Source of the DNA: Chlorokybus atmophyticus
Taxonomy: Eukaryota > Plantae > Mesostigma and Chlorokybus algae
DNA: 64,000 nt
Assembly: GCA_009103225.1 (NCBI GenBank)
Contig: RHPI01001715.1
Span: forward strand, 516,099 to 580,098
Direction of reading: 5' to 3'
Shown: positions 49,279 through 63,176 of the stretch, piece after piece
Position numbering within the stretch: the stretch's first letter is position 1
Layout: each line of letters begins with the position of its first letter
The notes under the pieces: generated by a model
Database searches by the model: none
What the model was told of the DNA's origin: nothing
The model's input: the letters and a program-made list of their open reading frames with translations, nothing else
Made by a program: the position numbers and the translations under genes

Positions 49279-49540
49279 NNNNNNNNNNNNNNNNNNNNNN
49301 NNNNNNNNNNNNNNNNNNNNNNNNNNNNNNNNNNNNNNNNNNNNNNNNNNNNNNNNNNNNNNNNNNNNNNNNNNNNNNNNNNNNNNNNNNNNNNNNNNNN
49401 NNNNNNNNNNNNNNNNNNNNNNNNNNNNNNNNNNNNNNNNNNNNNNNNNNNNNNNNNNNNNNNNNNNNNNNNNNNNNNNNNNNNNNNNNNNNNNNNNNNN
49501 NNNNNNNNNNNNNNNNNNNNNNNNNNNNNNNNNNNNNNNN
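49279..49540. other. Assembly gap (N run) flanked by poly-G
   Basis: N characters in the sequence. Confidence 1.
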
Positions 49541-49962
49541 GGGGGGGGGGGTCCCGGTTGTCACATGAACGTTTGCTCTCACTGCAAGGATAGTGTATGG
49601 TGAATTCAACTGACATGGTGCTCGTAGCAAGTTGGAAAGTCGCTTGTGCAAGTGCTGCATGGTTGTGTTGCATTGCCTTCCCCTGTGCAAGGTGGTCTAC
49701 ATGAACGGCGTTGACCGCATGTGGACATGATGCTTGGTCCATTGCATGTGTCGTGCATACGTGTTGCGAATTTGTTGTACACACGTGACACTCACTTAGT
49801 AAACACAGCGCCCATAATCACAAGCAGCTAATCCCCCAACAGTGTCTGGGCTAACGACATGTAGCAACTCGCAAAGGAGGGATTTACCCGCATCGATTGT
49901 ACTGCACACAACGGATGCCTGTAACCAGGGAAGCACCACGGTAATTCATGGCGGCTGCAACA

Positions 49963-52540
49963 TCATAGCTCGTTGTGAGACTGATAAACCACCTTGCGTG
50001 CAAATTTCGCCTGTGTGTTCAGACCGCAAGCCTCAGCTTCTATAGGCGCTCGCCCGAAGTATAAGGCAAGCTCAGCAGAACGCTCTCTGCCAAGGGATGT
50101 GTCCTCTCTACGTGTGGAGAACCTGCTCACTGGGGTAAACACCTCGTCTGTTACATGCTCAGGGAGATGATCTGGATCAGCGTCTGTCGCCAGCAATTCT
50201 ACATGAAGGTTCTTCTGTTTGCGGTCAACAGGCCGGCAGAAACCCTTCACTGCCTCGTCGTGACTGATTGTTTGGCCCCGCTTGACGTATATTCTCACCC
50301 GGTGGTAACACAACCTTTGACCGTCATCGCTCACGTGCAAGTAGCTGAGAGGGTCAACGCCTTCCCGGAACGGCAATGCAACGGAGCGAACATACGTGCG
50401 CCTGGCGATCCTGGACACAACAGTTGAAGTGTCCAGCCCAATGGGCAAGCCCCGTACAGCACCGACAAGCCCCTGAGTTGCGAGGCACCAGCACCCGGTC
50501 CGCACCGTGGACCTGCTTGAGCTTCGCCTGTAGCGCATAAGAGTGCAGATTGTGTGCGGTTATGGCGCATGCACATGCTTGCTTAGGGTCGTACGCGCAT
50601 TGCCAAAGCATGTACAGGCTTGACTGGGAGCATGCAAGACTGTTATGGCAAACAGAGTGTTTCCCATAGCTCTAGCTCCAGCCTGTGACAGCACCAACAT
50701 CAACAACAGCACCAACTCACTACCTGCACGTATGGAGACATTGCAAATCCACCCACAAGGATAATCTTGGTGCGAACATCAACCATGGCACTCTGCCAGG
50801 GTGTCGTCAATGTGTTGCATGACCGTTCGCAACACCTCGCTGAAGAAGCCTTCCATGTCGTTAGAGTTAAGGTGAATGTGGGAGCACTGCTGCAGCTGAT
50901 GTATCTGAGCATGGTTTATCTCTCCTCCTGCCAACCTCATGCGCTCCAGCATGGTGGCGAGGGCAAACCTCACCCTGCAGACTCAGGCTGATTGAAGGAG
51001 TTTCGCTGCTATGGCTGGTGAAAACTTGCTTGACGATGTACCACTGCCTCCATAACGCTTGCAACACCGACTTGTCAACAGCCTGCGTGCAATGGTGTAT
51101 GGAGCTGTCAACAGTCAACACTCTAAAAGTCAATCAGTGCATAGTTGCAGGCTAACTGTAGCACACTGGTTGACCTCATGACCGTGACAACGCGAACTGC
51201 TACTGCTGGTGACTTCCCACACCACGCGCACGGGAGTTTGTTTGGAGAAACCAACCAACCTCGCGACCCCACCACGACCACCACCACCACCAATACCAAC
51301 ATCAACATCAATGATTATGTCCACCGAAGTACAGGCGTGACTGCACACATACGTACCTTGAGCATCGGCACCTTGTTGTTGGCAAACTCCAAGAAAGCAT
51401 CATCCACATCAATGCCACCACAGCGGGCCCCTCTTCCAGCCGAACTGAACTCGCATACTCTGCCGTCTTCTTCCCTCAGCTCATGGGCAACAAGGTCAAC
51501 CGTTCCGCCACCCATGTCCACAACCACAAACTTGTCGCCCTTCACCAAGAGAGGCCCCTAGAAACCTCCATCCCTCTGACAGTAGAGTGCAGCAACTTCA
51601 GGCTCTAGCGTGGTGATGAGAGGGCTGCTCGCTGGCTGAAGGGTGATGCGAAGAAGAGCCGTCCGTCTTGATCATTTAGGCACGCTGCGTAACAAAAGCA
51701 CGTGTACACCATGACGTGCACGGTGTTGACACTCTTGATGAGACACACAATCTTGCGCACAGGCATAGCCATGGTGAAACAAGTGGTCCCCCTTCGTGGC
51801 AATGCTGCTAACCTTTGCAGCTTACTGCATGGCTGCCTTGTCATCCCAGATGGCCGGCACGGTGACGCACCACTGTACCTGTGCCTGTCGGACTGTCGGA
51901 GAAACTTGTTGCGGATCTCCTCCGTTGTATAGTTGCTTAGAAAGCGCAGGTAGTGCGCGATGACGCGTGTTGTGCTTGGTTCTTCGGGCAAATCGGCCGG
52001 GCGCAGCTGCGGCTGAATCAGCCACCGTTGGAAGCGCTCTAGCACAACCTGTCGCTGCGCTTGCGGCCCTGTAGAGAAGTCTGTTGCTGCTGTTGTGTTG
52101 GGATTGTTGTTGAGGGTGACCTCGGCCTCCCAACCCCACTTGGTGGCCTCCTATTCCCCATCCATATCCTGCACACAAGACATCAATATATGGATGCCCA
52201 GGGCCATGCAGGTGAGCTGAAACTTTCACATGCTGACATGCAACAAGTGCCCGTCCCTTTTTCCCTTCTCTTTTTTGGAGTTAGCAAATATCTTACTCTG
52301 GTGTACAGAATCATTGTGGGCAGCTTGCAATAGGAGAACTGAGAGTAAGGCCAAGTGCATGTGACCTGCACAGCTCCATCCTGCCCACTGTAACCGTAGC
52401 CTGCCAGCAGCTGTGGGTAGCCATCGCATAGCTTTCAAATATGCTTCGTGGCATGCAGCAACCACACACCATACAACAAACTGGAACAACTACCTGAAAA
52501 CGTTGTGCCGAAATCGATGCTGGCCACGACGACGCTTCGG
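49963..52540 (-). CDS. HSPA12: HSPA12-like atypical Hsp70; 5' end unresolved (upstream of 52540)
   Basis: VVASIDFGTTFSGYGYS..W..YCKLPTMILY; WCVTVPAIWDDKA; LEPEVAALYC; FVVVDMGGGTVDL..CGGIDVDDAF; IILVGGFAMSPYV; VVSRIARRTY. Confidence 0.85.
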
Positions 52541-52552
52541 CTGCAAATAAGT

Positions 52553-52556
<4 letters not shown>

Positions 52557-52631
<75 letters not shown>
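52557..52631. repeat. (GA)n microsatellite
   Basis: Seen directly. Confidence 0.97.
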
Positions 52632-52633
<2 letters not shown>

Positions 52634-52640
52634 TTTCAGT

Positions 52641-52716
52641 TTGACGATTGACTTTGACCATTGACTAGTGTTGACTAGTGTTGACTTTAACCAGAGTTCA
52701 CTAGAGTTGACTAGTG
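52641..52716. repeat. Short tandem TTGAC(TAGTG)-type repeat containing six TTGACY motifs
   Basis: ttgacgattgactttgaccattgactagtgttgactagtgttgact...gttgactagtg. Confidence 0.7.
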
Positions 52717-53609
52717 CTTAGTCGCATAGTACATAATACACTGTATACTGCTTAATACAGTGGGTCGCACATTGTCTCTATAATTGGCGCGCTTGCTGCA
52801 CTTGTCCTTAGTAGTATTGCTTTTTAATATTAGTGAGGACCTCAAGGAGTTGCAGTGGATGGTGTTCGTCCTCTCCCACTGCAAGGGCGCGTAAAGGACA
52901 TGCGTAGACGGAGGTCGCAGACACAAAGGTCTGTGAGAGTTACTGCTAGCCTATAAGTAGTTGCTGGTGTTACGCTGCATACACTAGAGGTTGCATTGCT
53001 GTGGAGTTATTTTTTTGGTAGCACACAGGTGTGCGGTACTGGTTAGAACACTTTAATTGATTGGCATGCAAGGACTGAGTTGTATAGCTAGCTAACAGGA
53101 GATGGGAGGGGTGCTTTCCTTGGTAGAAAGGTCTTATCAACCCTTGCACGGCCTACACTCTGGTACAGCATTGCTAAGGTAGAGAACTCAGTGTAGTTTA
53201 TAGCATAGTTTGCCATTGAGGGAGTCTTCGAAACCACCTAAGCAAGGTCAGGCGTGGCGTGGTGGAACCTGATGCGACAACTATGAGGAGGTAGGTCGGA
53301 CAGTCAAAGACACATTGCATAAGCTTGCATGCGACATACCCCCACTCACCCTGGGTGAAGTCCGCGACATCATGGCCAATTGCAACTAAATGGCTTCATT
53401 CACACTGTGCCGTCACATGTACATACATGCAAAAGCTTATGCCGCCCTTGCTATATATAAAACATCTGCTACTGCGTGCCAAGCCCTGGCAGTGTAGCTC
53501 AGCTAGCAATAGCCTGTCATGATGATGATGGGACAGCTGCGTGCAGAGCTCGGCCGTGCAAAAGGGTAATGTGTGTACGCAAAGTAGTTGAGTGTGTGTG
53601 CTATGATTG

Positions 53610-55239
53610 ATGCGTTCTGCGCCACCTTTGCTCGTGACCTTGAATGGTGCGACGGGGTTGGCCGCCGCGGCCGGTAGCATTGTGGCCAAACTCATGGGGT
53701 TGAACCAGAGCAGGCAGAGGGAGGCGCAGGGCGAAGCAACTCAGCTGTCCGAGCTCAAGAGACAGCTGGAGCAGACTGCGGCTCACGGCGAGCACCTGGA
53801 AGCCCTCAACAGAGACTTGCTCATGCGGCTGGACAACGCCTACAATGTAAGCAGGATATTGCATGGTAAGGGGCTCTCTGCCAAAAGTGTGTCTGTGTCG
53901 TCGCGCTGATGGTGAGATGATGTGTTTCCTTCCTTTCCTTCTGCTGCTTGGTTGGCAGGCGTACTTCCAGGTCTGTCGACTTCCAGCCATGTGGCCAACT
54001 TGGAACGAGTGGACCAGGGGATGGAGCTCGCCTCCAAGCGCGCTCGGGACGCTGCAGAGGTCTGGTAATGAGAGACACAAAGTTATGAACTCGCGTGCAT
54101 GCATGTCGATGGTCACACTTGTGTGTTTGTCACATGAAGACTTGCGGCATGCGTGTTGGGTGCTCGGGTGCAAGGGTGCGGGGTGGGGGAGAAGAGGGGG
54201 GCTAAAATGCCATCCCCCTGCTGAACTTGGCAATCTTGGCAAGGTGTGCACAGCCTCAACGACCTTGAGGACTGCTGATGTACACAGAGCTGACAAGCTG
54301 AACCTTTGCAGAAGGTGACGGGGTGGCTTGTACGCAACCTGCCGCAACTGGGTATGCGGAGTCAGCTTGACTTGCTACCCATGGAGCTGCAACATCTCAA
54401 GGGCAGTCAATCGTGGTCTGGACAACCCTGGATACAGGTATATAGTCACTGAGAGCGTCCTCGCACACATTTCCGGCTGCCCGCTAATGCACACACAAGC
54501 AAGCACGCGTGCACACGGCTACACACATGTGTAGTCTACCCTTTCTTGAAATGCCACTCACTGCTCGCTGTAACTGACACGGAATCTAGGCATCTATGGT
54601 GGAAGCTTATTCAGCGGACTTTGAGAATGAAAACTCCATCTCCAGTGCGCCGTCCTTTGCGGAAAGCTCTGCCGAACGCGCCGCTGGGTTTGAAGAAAGG
54701 TACCTACAAGAGCAGGAGTCCGTTTACATCGACAAGTTGTACTTGCGATGGCGAGACCACTCGCGGCGACGGTGTTGCAACTCGCTGGCGAGTAGCGCAG
54801 GCATGTTACCATGCTACACTGGCAGCAGGTCACGCGGCTGCCCCATAAGATGTCATGACCAGGTACACTACCTTAGTAATATTGCAATGATGATTGACTA
54901 ACTTGTGTGCAGCTTGGTCAACAATTTGGTGCACAAGTAGCAACCACCCTGCTTGGCGACAGCGAGGTGTCGAGTGCTGTCGGGCAGTGGGAGGTGGCAC
55001 TGTGGAAGCTGCATTGCCTAGCATGGGCTGCCTTTTTATCACCCCCTTGCATCATCAGGCGCCCAACTGTGAGCACGGCATACGACGACTGCTGCGCCAT
55101 TCGCGTGGACCGGCTTGCTTGTTACGGCATGGCATCACCATCAACTGCGGACCTTTCCGTATGCGTGTTCTTTGGGCTGTCCGGCAACAACGCGCATGTA
55201 CACAAGTGTGAGATGGTGGCGGTGCCGCTACCTGCTTAA
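53610..55239 (+). CDS. Uncharacterised coiled-coil protein with a possible GIL1/IRKI- or MIEAP-type C-terminal domain
   Basis: Coiled coil LSELKRQLEQTAAHGEHLEALNRDLLMRLD. Last exon ALWKLHCLAWAAFLSPPCIIRRPTVSTAYD...HVHKCEMV. A phase-consistent GT-AG model can be built, but the family is tentative. Confidence 0.55.
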
Positions 55240-55371
55240 AAAAACTGTTGGTGTAAGCTGAAGCTGGCCGGTACCCCAAGCCTTCACCTGCTTGTGCGTA
55301 CATGTTCCTTGTGCTGGTGGTGGACAAACGCCATGCATTGAGTCATAATTGCACAGCTACGAAAACGATAG

Positions 55372-57337
55372 CTAATCACTCCACGTAGTCCATAAAGCCT
55401 CATCCCAATCGCCATGTCTCCCGTTCGCAGCATCAACGACTCTTTGTACTATGCTTTGCGCACGCTTCACCGCGTGCGAGGCGTTGCCCCAGAAGCCCCA
55501 CCCCGCCATGAACCGCACATAGTCCAACATGCACAAGTCGTAGTGCGCGAGAAGCGTGTCCCAAGTGTACCCGCAGTCCTGTCCTGCAAGCATGGAGTGC
55601 ATTTGCAGCTGACACACATATTGGTATGCACGCGAGGTGGGTATTGTAGCAAAACGCCAACTTACCCCCCAAGTGTTTAAGCAAAGCAGTGTGGTAGTGC
55701 ATAAGTAGCTCTTGCTCATACTGAGACAACACTCGCGCGTCCACGCTCGAGGCAAGAAGATACGCCACGTCTTTGGCACCATAGCCCTGCAGCCCAAACG
55801 TCAAAGCCAATACACACAAACAACAAACAGCACGCAACACACACTCTCCCCTCACCTCCCCGCAGTATTGGAAGTCATAAGCAGCGCACGACCCTCGAGC
55901 ACCCTTCTCATGAGGCCGCTCGAACAGAAGGTTCTGCAAAACCCACGCAACACGTTAGCATGTTGTGTGACACATGTCACACGCTGTTGTTGAACACTGC
56001 CATGTCACAACAATACACTACTTTCCTCTGCTTTGCAGTCGCCGTGCACGAGGGTGCGGAACCTCACGCGCTCGTCGCGCACTTGTCCGTCGATCAACTT
56101 GTGCCCGCGCATCCGGCGCGCTACAGCGTGTGACACGGACTTGAGTTGCCCCCACTCTTTGACGTCCATAGACTCCCACTCTTCCTCTCGTGTGGATAGA
56201 TCCCAGTACCTGTTGTGGGGACAGTTGTCTGCATGTGCGAGCGTGCACGCATGCGTGTGTGGGCGTTGATGTGCGTGCGCATGTGCGTTGCTGTGTGCAT
56301 GATGGATAAACATAGCGGTTAAGACAATTTGGCAGCGAGTGTGTGCGGGAACGCGCCTGCGCCATGCATGGCAGGAATGCCCATGTTCGTGTATTTGTAT
56401 GCTCGTGCAATTGTGCATGCGCGTGTACGGGTGCGCAGGTGAAGACAAACACATATGCCCGCACACACACGTACATGTGAGACATGCGAAAGCACAACAT
56501 GGATCTCATATGCGCATGGTGTAGGTATGATAGTGTGACCCTGGGCACATGTGTGTTGTACTGTGCACATGCTTGTGAACGTGATCATGGCATGCACAGG
56601 ACTGGAGAGACTAACTGCGCGACACACGCGTTGCGGACACGTACCCGCCTTCATCCCACAGCTTGTTGTACTCCTGCGGTGCTCTCGTGTACGCTCTCTC
56701 CCACCCGCTCGCATGAAGCAAAGCCAGGAACTCCAGCGCAGACTCTGTCTATGCGCAAGCAACATATGCACAAGCCTCGTCACATGTTGTTATGTGGTTG
56801 CATGCTTATGCATGCATACCTCTTGTTTCGTGAGCGACGAGCGCGAGAGCGGGTGGCTTCTGCGCAGATCCGACAGCACGAACGTGAACTGCCCGTCATG
56901 CTCCTGTGTTTGGGTGGTTCTGTTGTTGCTTCTATGTCTCACATACGTGTGCACGCGTGCGACGCAATGTGTGTGTGTGCTGTCCATACCTTGATGAAGT
57001 ATGGGTATGGAATGGGGAGACCCTTGCTGATGAGATCAGTGGCGACGGTGCGATAAAACGCCGCTTCCACTTGGTACGATCGAACCTGCACGAGTGTAGT
57101 GCTGAGGACATTGCGTGGGTGACGTTGGTGGAAGGTACAACCATTGTACCTTTCGTGCGTGGCCGACACCCTTGCCGTGCGCAGGAGGCTGAACCCTCTT
57201 GATTACAGCAGAACACTCACTCACGCTCCCGGCATCCTCCTCAACCTCAAGCTGCCAACGACACACGACGCTAATTGACAAACACGCGCGCACGCACACA
57301 GGCACACAGACATGAGCGCACATATGCACATGCACAA

Positions 57338-57382
<45 letters not shown>

Positions 57383-57574
57383 GCTTACTTGAACACTCGA
57401 CACTTGGCCATATCCAGCCCAGAGTCCCGCTAGCCTCCTCTCCCCTTTGATCGAAGCAACCTTACCACTGGCCAAACCCTCAGGCAGCGTCAACTGGTCG
57501 GGTGAGATGCTGGTACTACTGGTGGATGCAGCACAAGTTTGCTGCTGTTGTTGTTGTCGCTTGCTTCTTGGCAT
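55372..57574 (-). CDS. Ecdysteroid-kinase-like / aminoglycoside phosphotransferase-family kinase
   Basis: LWAGYGQV; SYQVEAAFYR; GGYWDLSTREEEW; RTLVHGDCK.ENLLF; AAYDFQYCG.GYGAKDVAYLL; DYVRFMAGWGFWGN. Confidence 0.85.
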
Positions 57575-60419
57575 GTATGGAGGCTTTGGGTTGGTTGAGG
57601 AAGAGGTGGTGAGAGTGTGTTGGGTTGGTAATGATGATAGTAGAATAGCGCTGGTGTTGCCGCCTGATAGGATGCAAACAGAGCGGTCAAGGTGACGTAA
57701 CATATGCAATGTGGAATGGTCAGGAGGGCAATGCACACATGATCCAACAGAAGCCACTACTCTGTGCGCGTCCGCATTGGCGTGTGCACGTGTGTGTGCT
57801 TGTGTGCTTGGCCGTGGGCGTGGACGTGCTCGCGAATGACTCATGCACTTCCGCGTGCACGCTTGTGTGTGCCCGTGCGTGTGATGGTTGCAGCAATCAA
57901 GCTCTACTTCCTTCTTCAACAACCTATCTGTTGCTGCTCACGGTCAACACTCACTGTAGGGAGATGACCGCATTGGAGCTTTTGTGCTGAACAAAGCGAT
58001 CACCAGCATGCACAAAGACAAAACAGCCTCAGCTCAAAAGTCGACTGTTTGCTTCGTCCACACAACAGCAATACCAAGCTGGGAAGCATTCATGTCTTTA
58101 GTAGTAACCAATTTCTTCAAGCGTCGCAGTGAGACGCAAAGCATGAGCCCAACCCACGCAGCCTTTGCCTTACCGCTCATGAATACGGAGGAGTCTTTCC
58201 GCTGCACACAACCGAACAGCAGTAGCTTCAAGCTTGCCGCCGCACCGACTTACTCAGCAACGCCGACGCCGATGACAATGACGACGACGAGCGGGAGCTC
58301 AGCGACAAGCCCGCCGCCGCCGCTGTTTCTGCCGTGTAGGGTGAGCTGTGGTCAGCGGTCTGGTAGGGGGGAGCGGCGGCGGCGGCGGCGGCGGCGGCGA
58401 GAGGAGGCGGCGGAGGTGCAGGAGCAGGGGTAAGAGGAGGAGGAAGAGGAGGGGACGTGGATGGGACAGGACGCTTGTTTCAGTCCGCAAAACAAATGGC
58501 AGGCGGAGAGCTCGTGGTGAAGCCCAGTGCTTGTTGGGCTTCTGGGACCAGCTCGCGTTCAACCAGGTTGTTGTGGTTGTCGTCGTCGTCAGCGTTATGT
58601 AGGTGCAATAGTAGCAGTAGCAGTACCGTTACCAGCAGCAGCAGCGATTGACAGATTTGCATATTGTACTGCAAGGACCAGCCTTGGACTACCCCACAAA
58701 GAGTTGTTGGCACAGCCTACAGTGTGACACAAACGCAAGCACTGTTCGCTCTTGTTCGCGCTTGGTTTTTTCTCCCCTTGGCGTGTGGTCTACCTGTGTC
58801 TCTTCACGTAGTCAGAACCACAACTTGCTGTAGCGTGTTTAGGCGGTGAGCAGTGCAGTCGTTTCAGCACATGGACACATGCAGTGCCACACCGTGTGCA
58901 CACGAGTCAAAAAGCCAGCTGTCTGTGCTGTGCTGCCTGCACATCACTTGTGCAACCGTGTACGTGTGCGAATGCACAAGTACCTGTTCGAGCTGAGGTT
59001 GAGTTACCGGCACACTCATGGATATAGCACAACGTGCTCATTTGCCTGCACACCCTTGTGCCCGCGCATGCAACTGCACACATGTACAGCTGGTGCAGGA
59101 CTGAGAACCCACCCGTCCAGCCACACCTGCACGTGTGTGCTGACATGCAATCAGCGCTTGTGCCTGTCTATGCCTATCCAGCCACACATGCACGCTTGAA
59201 TTTGACATTCCAGCAATACTGATTATTATTGATCTTCTGCAACACCATGCGGTCCATCTTGATGTGCGTGCGAGCGCGTGTGTGCACGAGTCCGGGATAT
59301 GTGCCTTGCTAACCTTCTGGCGACAGCACGTAGTCCAACCTTGCACACTCTGTGCGGCCACGCGGGTATGTGCCAAAACATGTGAGCGTGCGCTTGTATG
59401 TGTGCACTGCTTGCTCCTCATCTTTACGTGGCACCTGTGCTGCGCTATCCGTGCATGCCCTCAATGACTCATCATCACAGAGGTTGACACCACAAGCCCA
59501 ATACCACGACGCCTTGTAACACGTGAAACATGCACACTCTACTCACAAGCAGGGCCAGCATCCGCGCCACCTGCAAGCCAGAGCTCAGCCTTAGCAAACA
59601 CCCAACCATCCCCTCAGCAATGCCATGTGACCAGAAACACACATGTCTAACGACAGTATAGGCCAGCAGCACACACAAAACCTTGTCAAAGCCACGCTGC
59701 CATTGTTTCTCTGCTTTGACAAAGCAGCGGTGGCGGACAAGGAGGAGCAGGAGAAGGAAGAGCAGGAGAAGCGGGAGCTGCTGGGAGGCTATGCAAGAGA
59801 AAGAGAAAGAGAAAGACAAAGCCTGTGCTGAGAAGGCCGTACCAACAAGACATGATGGTGTGAAGTAAGGTGAGGTGAGCTTACGAGGATGCGCTGCATC
59901 GGTTGATTTCGCAACGGCATGTACTTGAGTCAAGCAGCAGTATGAGTCTGATGGTTACTGTGCGTCGAATGTTTTCCGAGAGTATGGAATGATCTAGTTT
60001 CAGTCTTGGCTCTGGAGTTTAGAGAAATGACTGTTATTAGGTCCCGATATTTGCTTTGTTGTTTTAGATGTTGGATGTCTGCATGTACGGTGGATGCTTG
60101 CTCTACTGTACTTCATGCATGTGCACACAAATGCGCGCATGTGCATTTGTGAACGGGATTGCGAGTGTGAACACCAATTCCAGTGTGCATGTCCTTGTGG
60201 CAGTGACCACTGCATACGTACCTGTGTGCACGTGCGTGTGTGATCAGGCATGCACATGCTCGTGTGTACATGCAAGAGCATGCGCACGTGCGTATGCGCG
60301 TGGGTGGGGTGAGAGGGCATGGCATTGGCCTCATGCACACAGTTGGCTGGCGAGGGACATCTTCAACCAACTGGTAAGCACACTCAGTTGCACACATTCG
60401 ACATAATTAAGTTTCTAAC

Positions 60420-61516
60420 TCAACTCAACGCATGGCTTTGCAAGGTCTGCACATGTTTGATTGCGTGATGACAGATGGGACACTCCTTGGCAAGCGTGTC
60501 CACGATGCTCTCACTGCACACCCTGCAAGTGACACATTGTCTACACGGGTAGAACACCCCAGTCCTCCTGGCTTTCATGCAGACTGTGCAGTAATTTGGT
60601 CCTCCGTCAACACTGAACGCCGAGTCTTGCAGGCAGTTCCCAAACATGTCTGCGGGACAAGTCTTAGCACTCTCCAGCGGCCTCACCACCGGCCTCGGAG
60701 ACTTCTGCGTCTTTGGTTGTAGCCCCACTGTTCAACTCTATGCTCCAACTCCACCTCCTCAACTATGCGCGCCACGAGGTCTCTATGCTCTTTCTGGAGT
60801 TGTTCAGCATGTGCGATCACCAAGCGGTCACGTTCCACCTCGTTGAACACAGCCCACACGCAGCTTAGCCCAGGTATCCACACCGCAAACGTGCTGACGA
60901 TCGCATGCAAGACCTCCACATCTGAGCACTGCTGCCGTTTCCACTCAACTATTCCCCACCTCCCAATGAAGCTACGTGCGACTGTGCACTGTGTCACGGA
61001 CACGCCTTCATATCTACTTGGTGCTACGCCTGTAACTTCCCACAACAGTCGCGTGCACGCGAACATGACAGCAATGGCTGCGGCTAGAGCAGCCATCCGG
61101 CGAGCAGGGCCCAACATCCACTGCCACACACTAATCACGCCCGCACCCAACACAAAGCCCCCAAAGAAGGTCCAGCCCAGATCATGCGCGCTCTCCGTCA
61201 CACTCGCTGCCGCAACTATTGCCATCAGCGCAAATTGACACCTCCATCTCGACGGCACAGTCAGTCTCACTGAAACTCTTGAGAACGACAATGGCAGCAG
61301 CCACATCAACGCCACGCAGAGGTAACTTCCCAACCCGCCCACATTCTTATATGGCATACCGGCGTGTAGGAAGGCCAGGTCCAGAAAAAGTGAAAGCACG
61401 TAAAGTATAAGACACCGGACTCGCTGCCAATTGCTCAGCTCAACAAATAGCAAGCCAAGGAACATGAAAGCAGCTACATTTCTCCCAAGGTATATGTGTA
61501 TGTCCTCATCAGACAT
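60420..61516 (-). CDS. Multi-pass membrane protein with a C-terminal RING-like domain in a different frame (short intron or frameshift)
   Basis: Long intronless hydrophobic ORF (61516-60683), then overlapping ORF 60728-60420 with CTVC..PCRQCVTCRVC..CPIC. Confidence 0.65.
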
Positions 61517-61646
61517 TGTGTAAGCCCTGGTGGTAGCAGTCAACAACCTTTCGGAGCTTAAAAAGCAGGGCTAAGCGCCTAGCCCTCTCTTTCTTTCTGT
61601 TACAGCCAACACAGTGTCTCATGTACACAATTCCGCATTCCTTCTT

Positions 61647-62080
61647 TTATACAGTGCCTAGCAGACGCAACAGCGTAAGGCTCAAGTCCGCAAGCAAAGG
61701 AAAGAAGTCTGCAAGCAGCAGTCTCGTTGACCACACGTTGATACTGTGACAAACACTCTCTGCAGGAACGGGATCCTGAACACGCCAGTAAGTCCGGAAC
61801 CGGATCCTGATACCGTGCAGACTGATGAACACCGTACTAAGGATGACGACAATGTCATGATATCCATATCCGTAGTACGCTTACAGACTCAGTATGGATA
61901 CTTGGACATTATGCAAATTTCTGCAGCTGCTACCGTAAGTAAGCTGAGGCCTATTAGGCCCAAGATTACTACATAAAGTGCCTTTGATTTCTGTTCAGGC
62001 AGATAGTTGGTCATCATTGTCATGATGCTGTCTGCGTGTAGCCTTATCAGGGTTGACCAGTCAGCGCTTCTACGGGACAC
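61647..62080 (-). pseudogene. Possible decayed intronless membrane-protein ORF
   Basis: YLPEQKSKALYVVILGLIGLSLLTVAAAEICIMSKYPY* continues in frame past the stop. Family unknown. Confidence 0.3.
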
Positions 62081-63176
62081 TCAACAAGTTATCCTGACCA
62101 ACATCAATACCTGTGGTTAGTTGACTACCAGGGATGGTGGTGAGTGGTGGGGTGTGATTGACTGTCAGTCACACCACGGACCCCGCCAGTCACTTTCCGG
62201 TTGGCAGCACTGGCAGATGCAGTTACGAGCTGCAGTTACTGCTGAACACTCGCCTGCTGTGCACTGGAACGGACGTTAGTTCACTTCTCGTTTTGGCACG
62301 ACCTCCCCCGACTGATCCGGTGTTCAGGCTGACCGCCAGGCACGTGCATAGTTGTTTCTCCCACGACTGATCAGTCACCAGCGACCTCATCGCGTCAGCC
62401 TGATCTGCGGAATGGTGTCATTGTGTGCAGGCTTTGCAAGGTTCAGGCAGGGCGCGCGCATGCTTGGGAAGCAGGTTGCCTTCTGTGCCGTACGACGACG
62501 TTCCCTTCCCACATGATGAACACAAGTACTTATGCACAAATGTTAGAGTGTGACGACTGTCCCTTCCCACATTGTGCCCTCAGGAGGAGGTGCGCATGGG
62601 GTTAGCTAGTCAAGGCAGCAACTCAGGATTGGCTACAAGCTAGTAGTGGTCGTCCACGGTGCAGTCTGTCGCTCTAGAGGAAAATGTAGAGGATCTGTTC
62701 TGCATTAGTGCTGTTGATATTTGTGCTGTCACTGGCAGTACCATCCCTGCCTGTTGGACGACCCTTTGGTCCATGTACGATAAGACCAACATACTCTAGT
62801 ACACACAACTCCTCTGCGTACACAGAGTATGGCAATGTTTCTCAGGTACGTGAAGACCTGGGCGTGCGCCAGTGCATTTATTTGGGTGTCGTGTGCTGTG
62901 CCTCAAGAGTTGCTTGTGAGCTAAGTTAGCAAGTGTTTGCATGCATGTCAGCAGAAATGTTGTCCATTCCTCCTGTTGTATGCGTGAGGTACCGCACCGT
63001 TGGCAACCAGAGCAAGGAGTGTTTGTCAGCTGTTCTCTCCAATCCACATGCAGCCTTTACATCTGAAAACGACAACAACACCGCATATTGCAAAGTCATG
63101 TATGCTGATGGTGCTGAGAGTGCGCTTAGCATGCTTTTGCGCAGCACTTGCACCTTCTGCGCATGCCTCATGCAAC

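Noticed and set aside
56933-59933. Many 60-230 aa ORFs rich in C/V/H/T/A/R
   Set aside because: They are translations of (TG)/(CA)-rich intronic and intergenic microsatellite DNA, or antisense to real exons.
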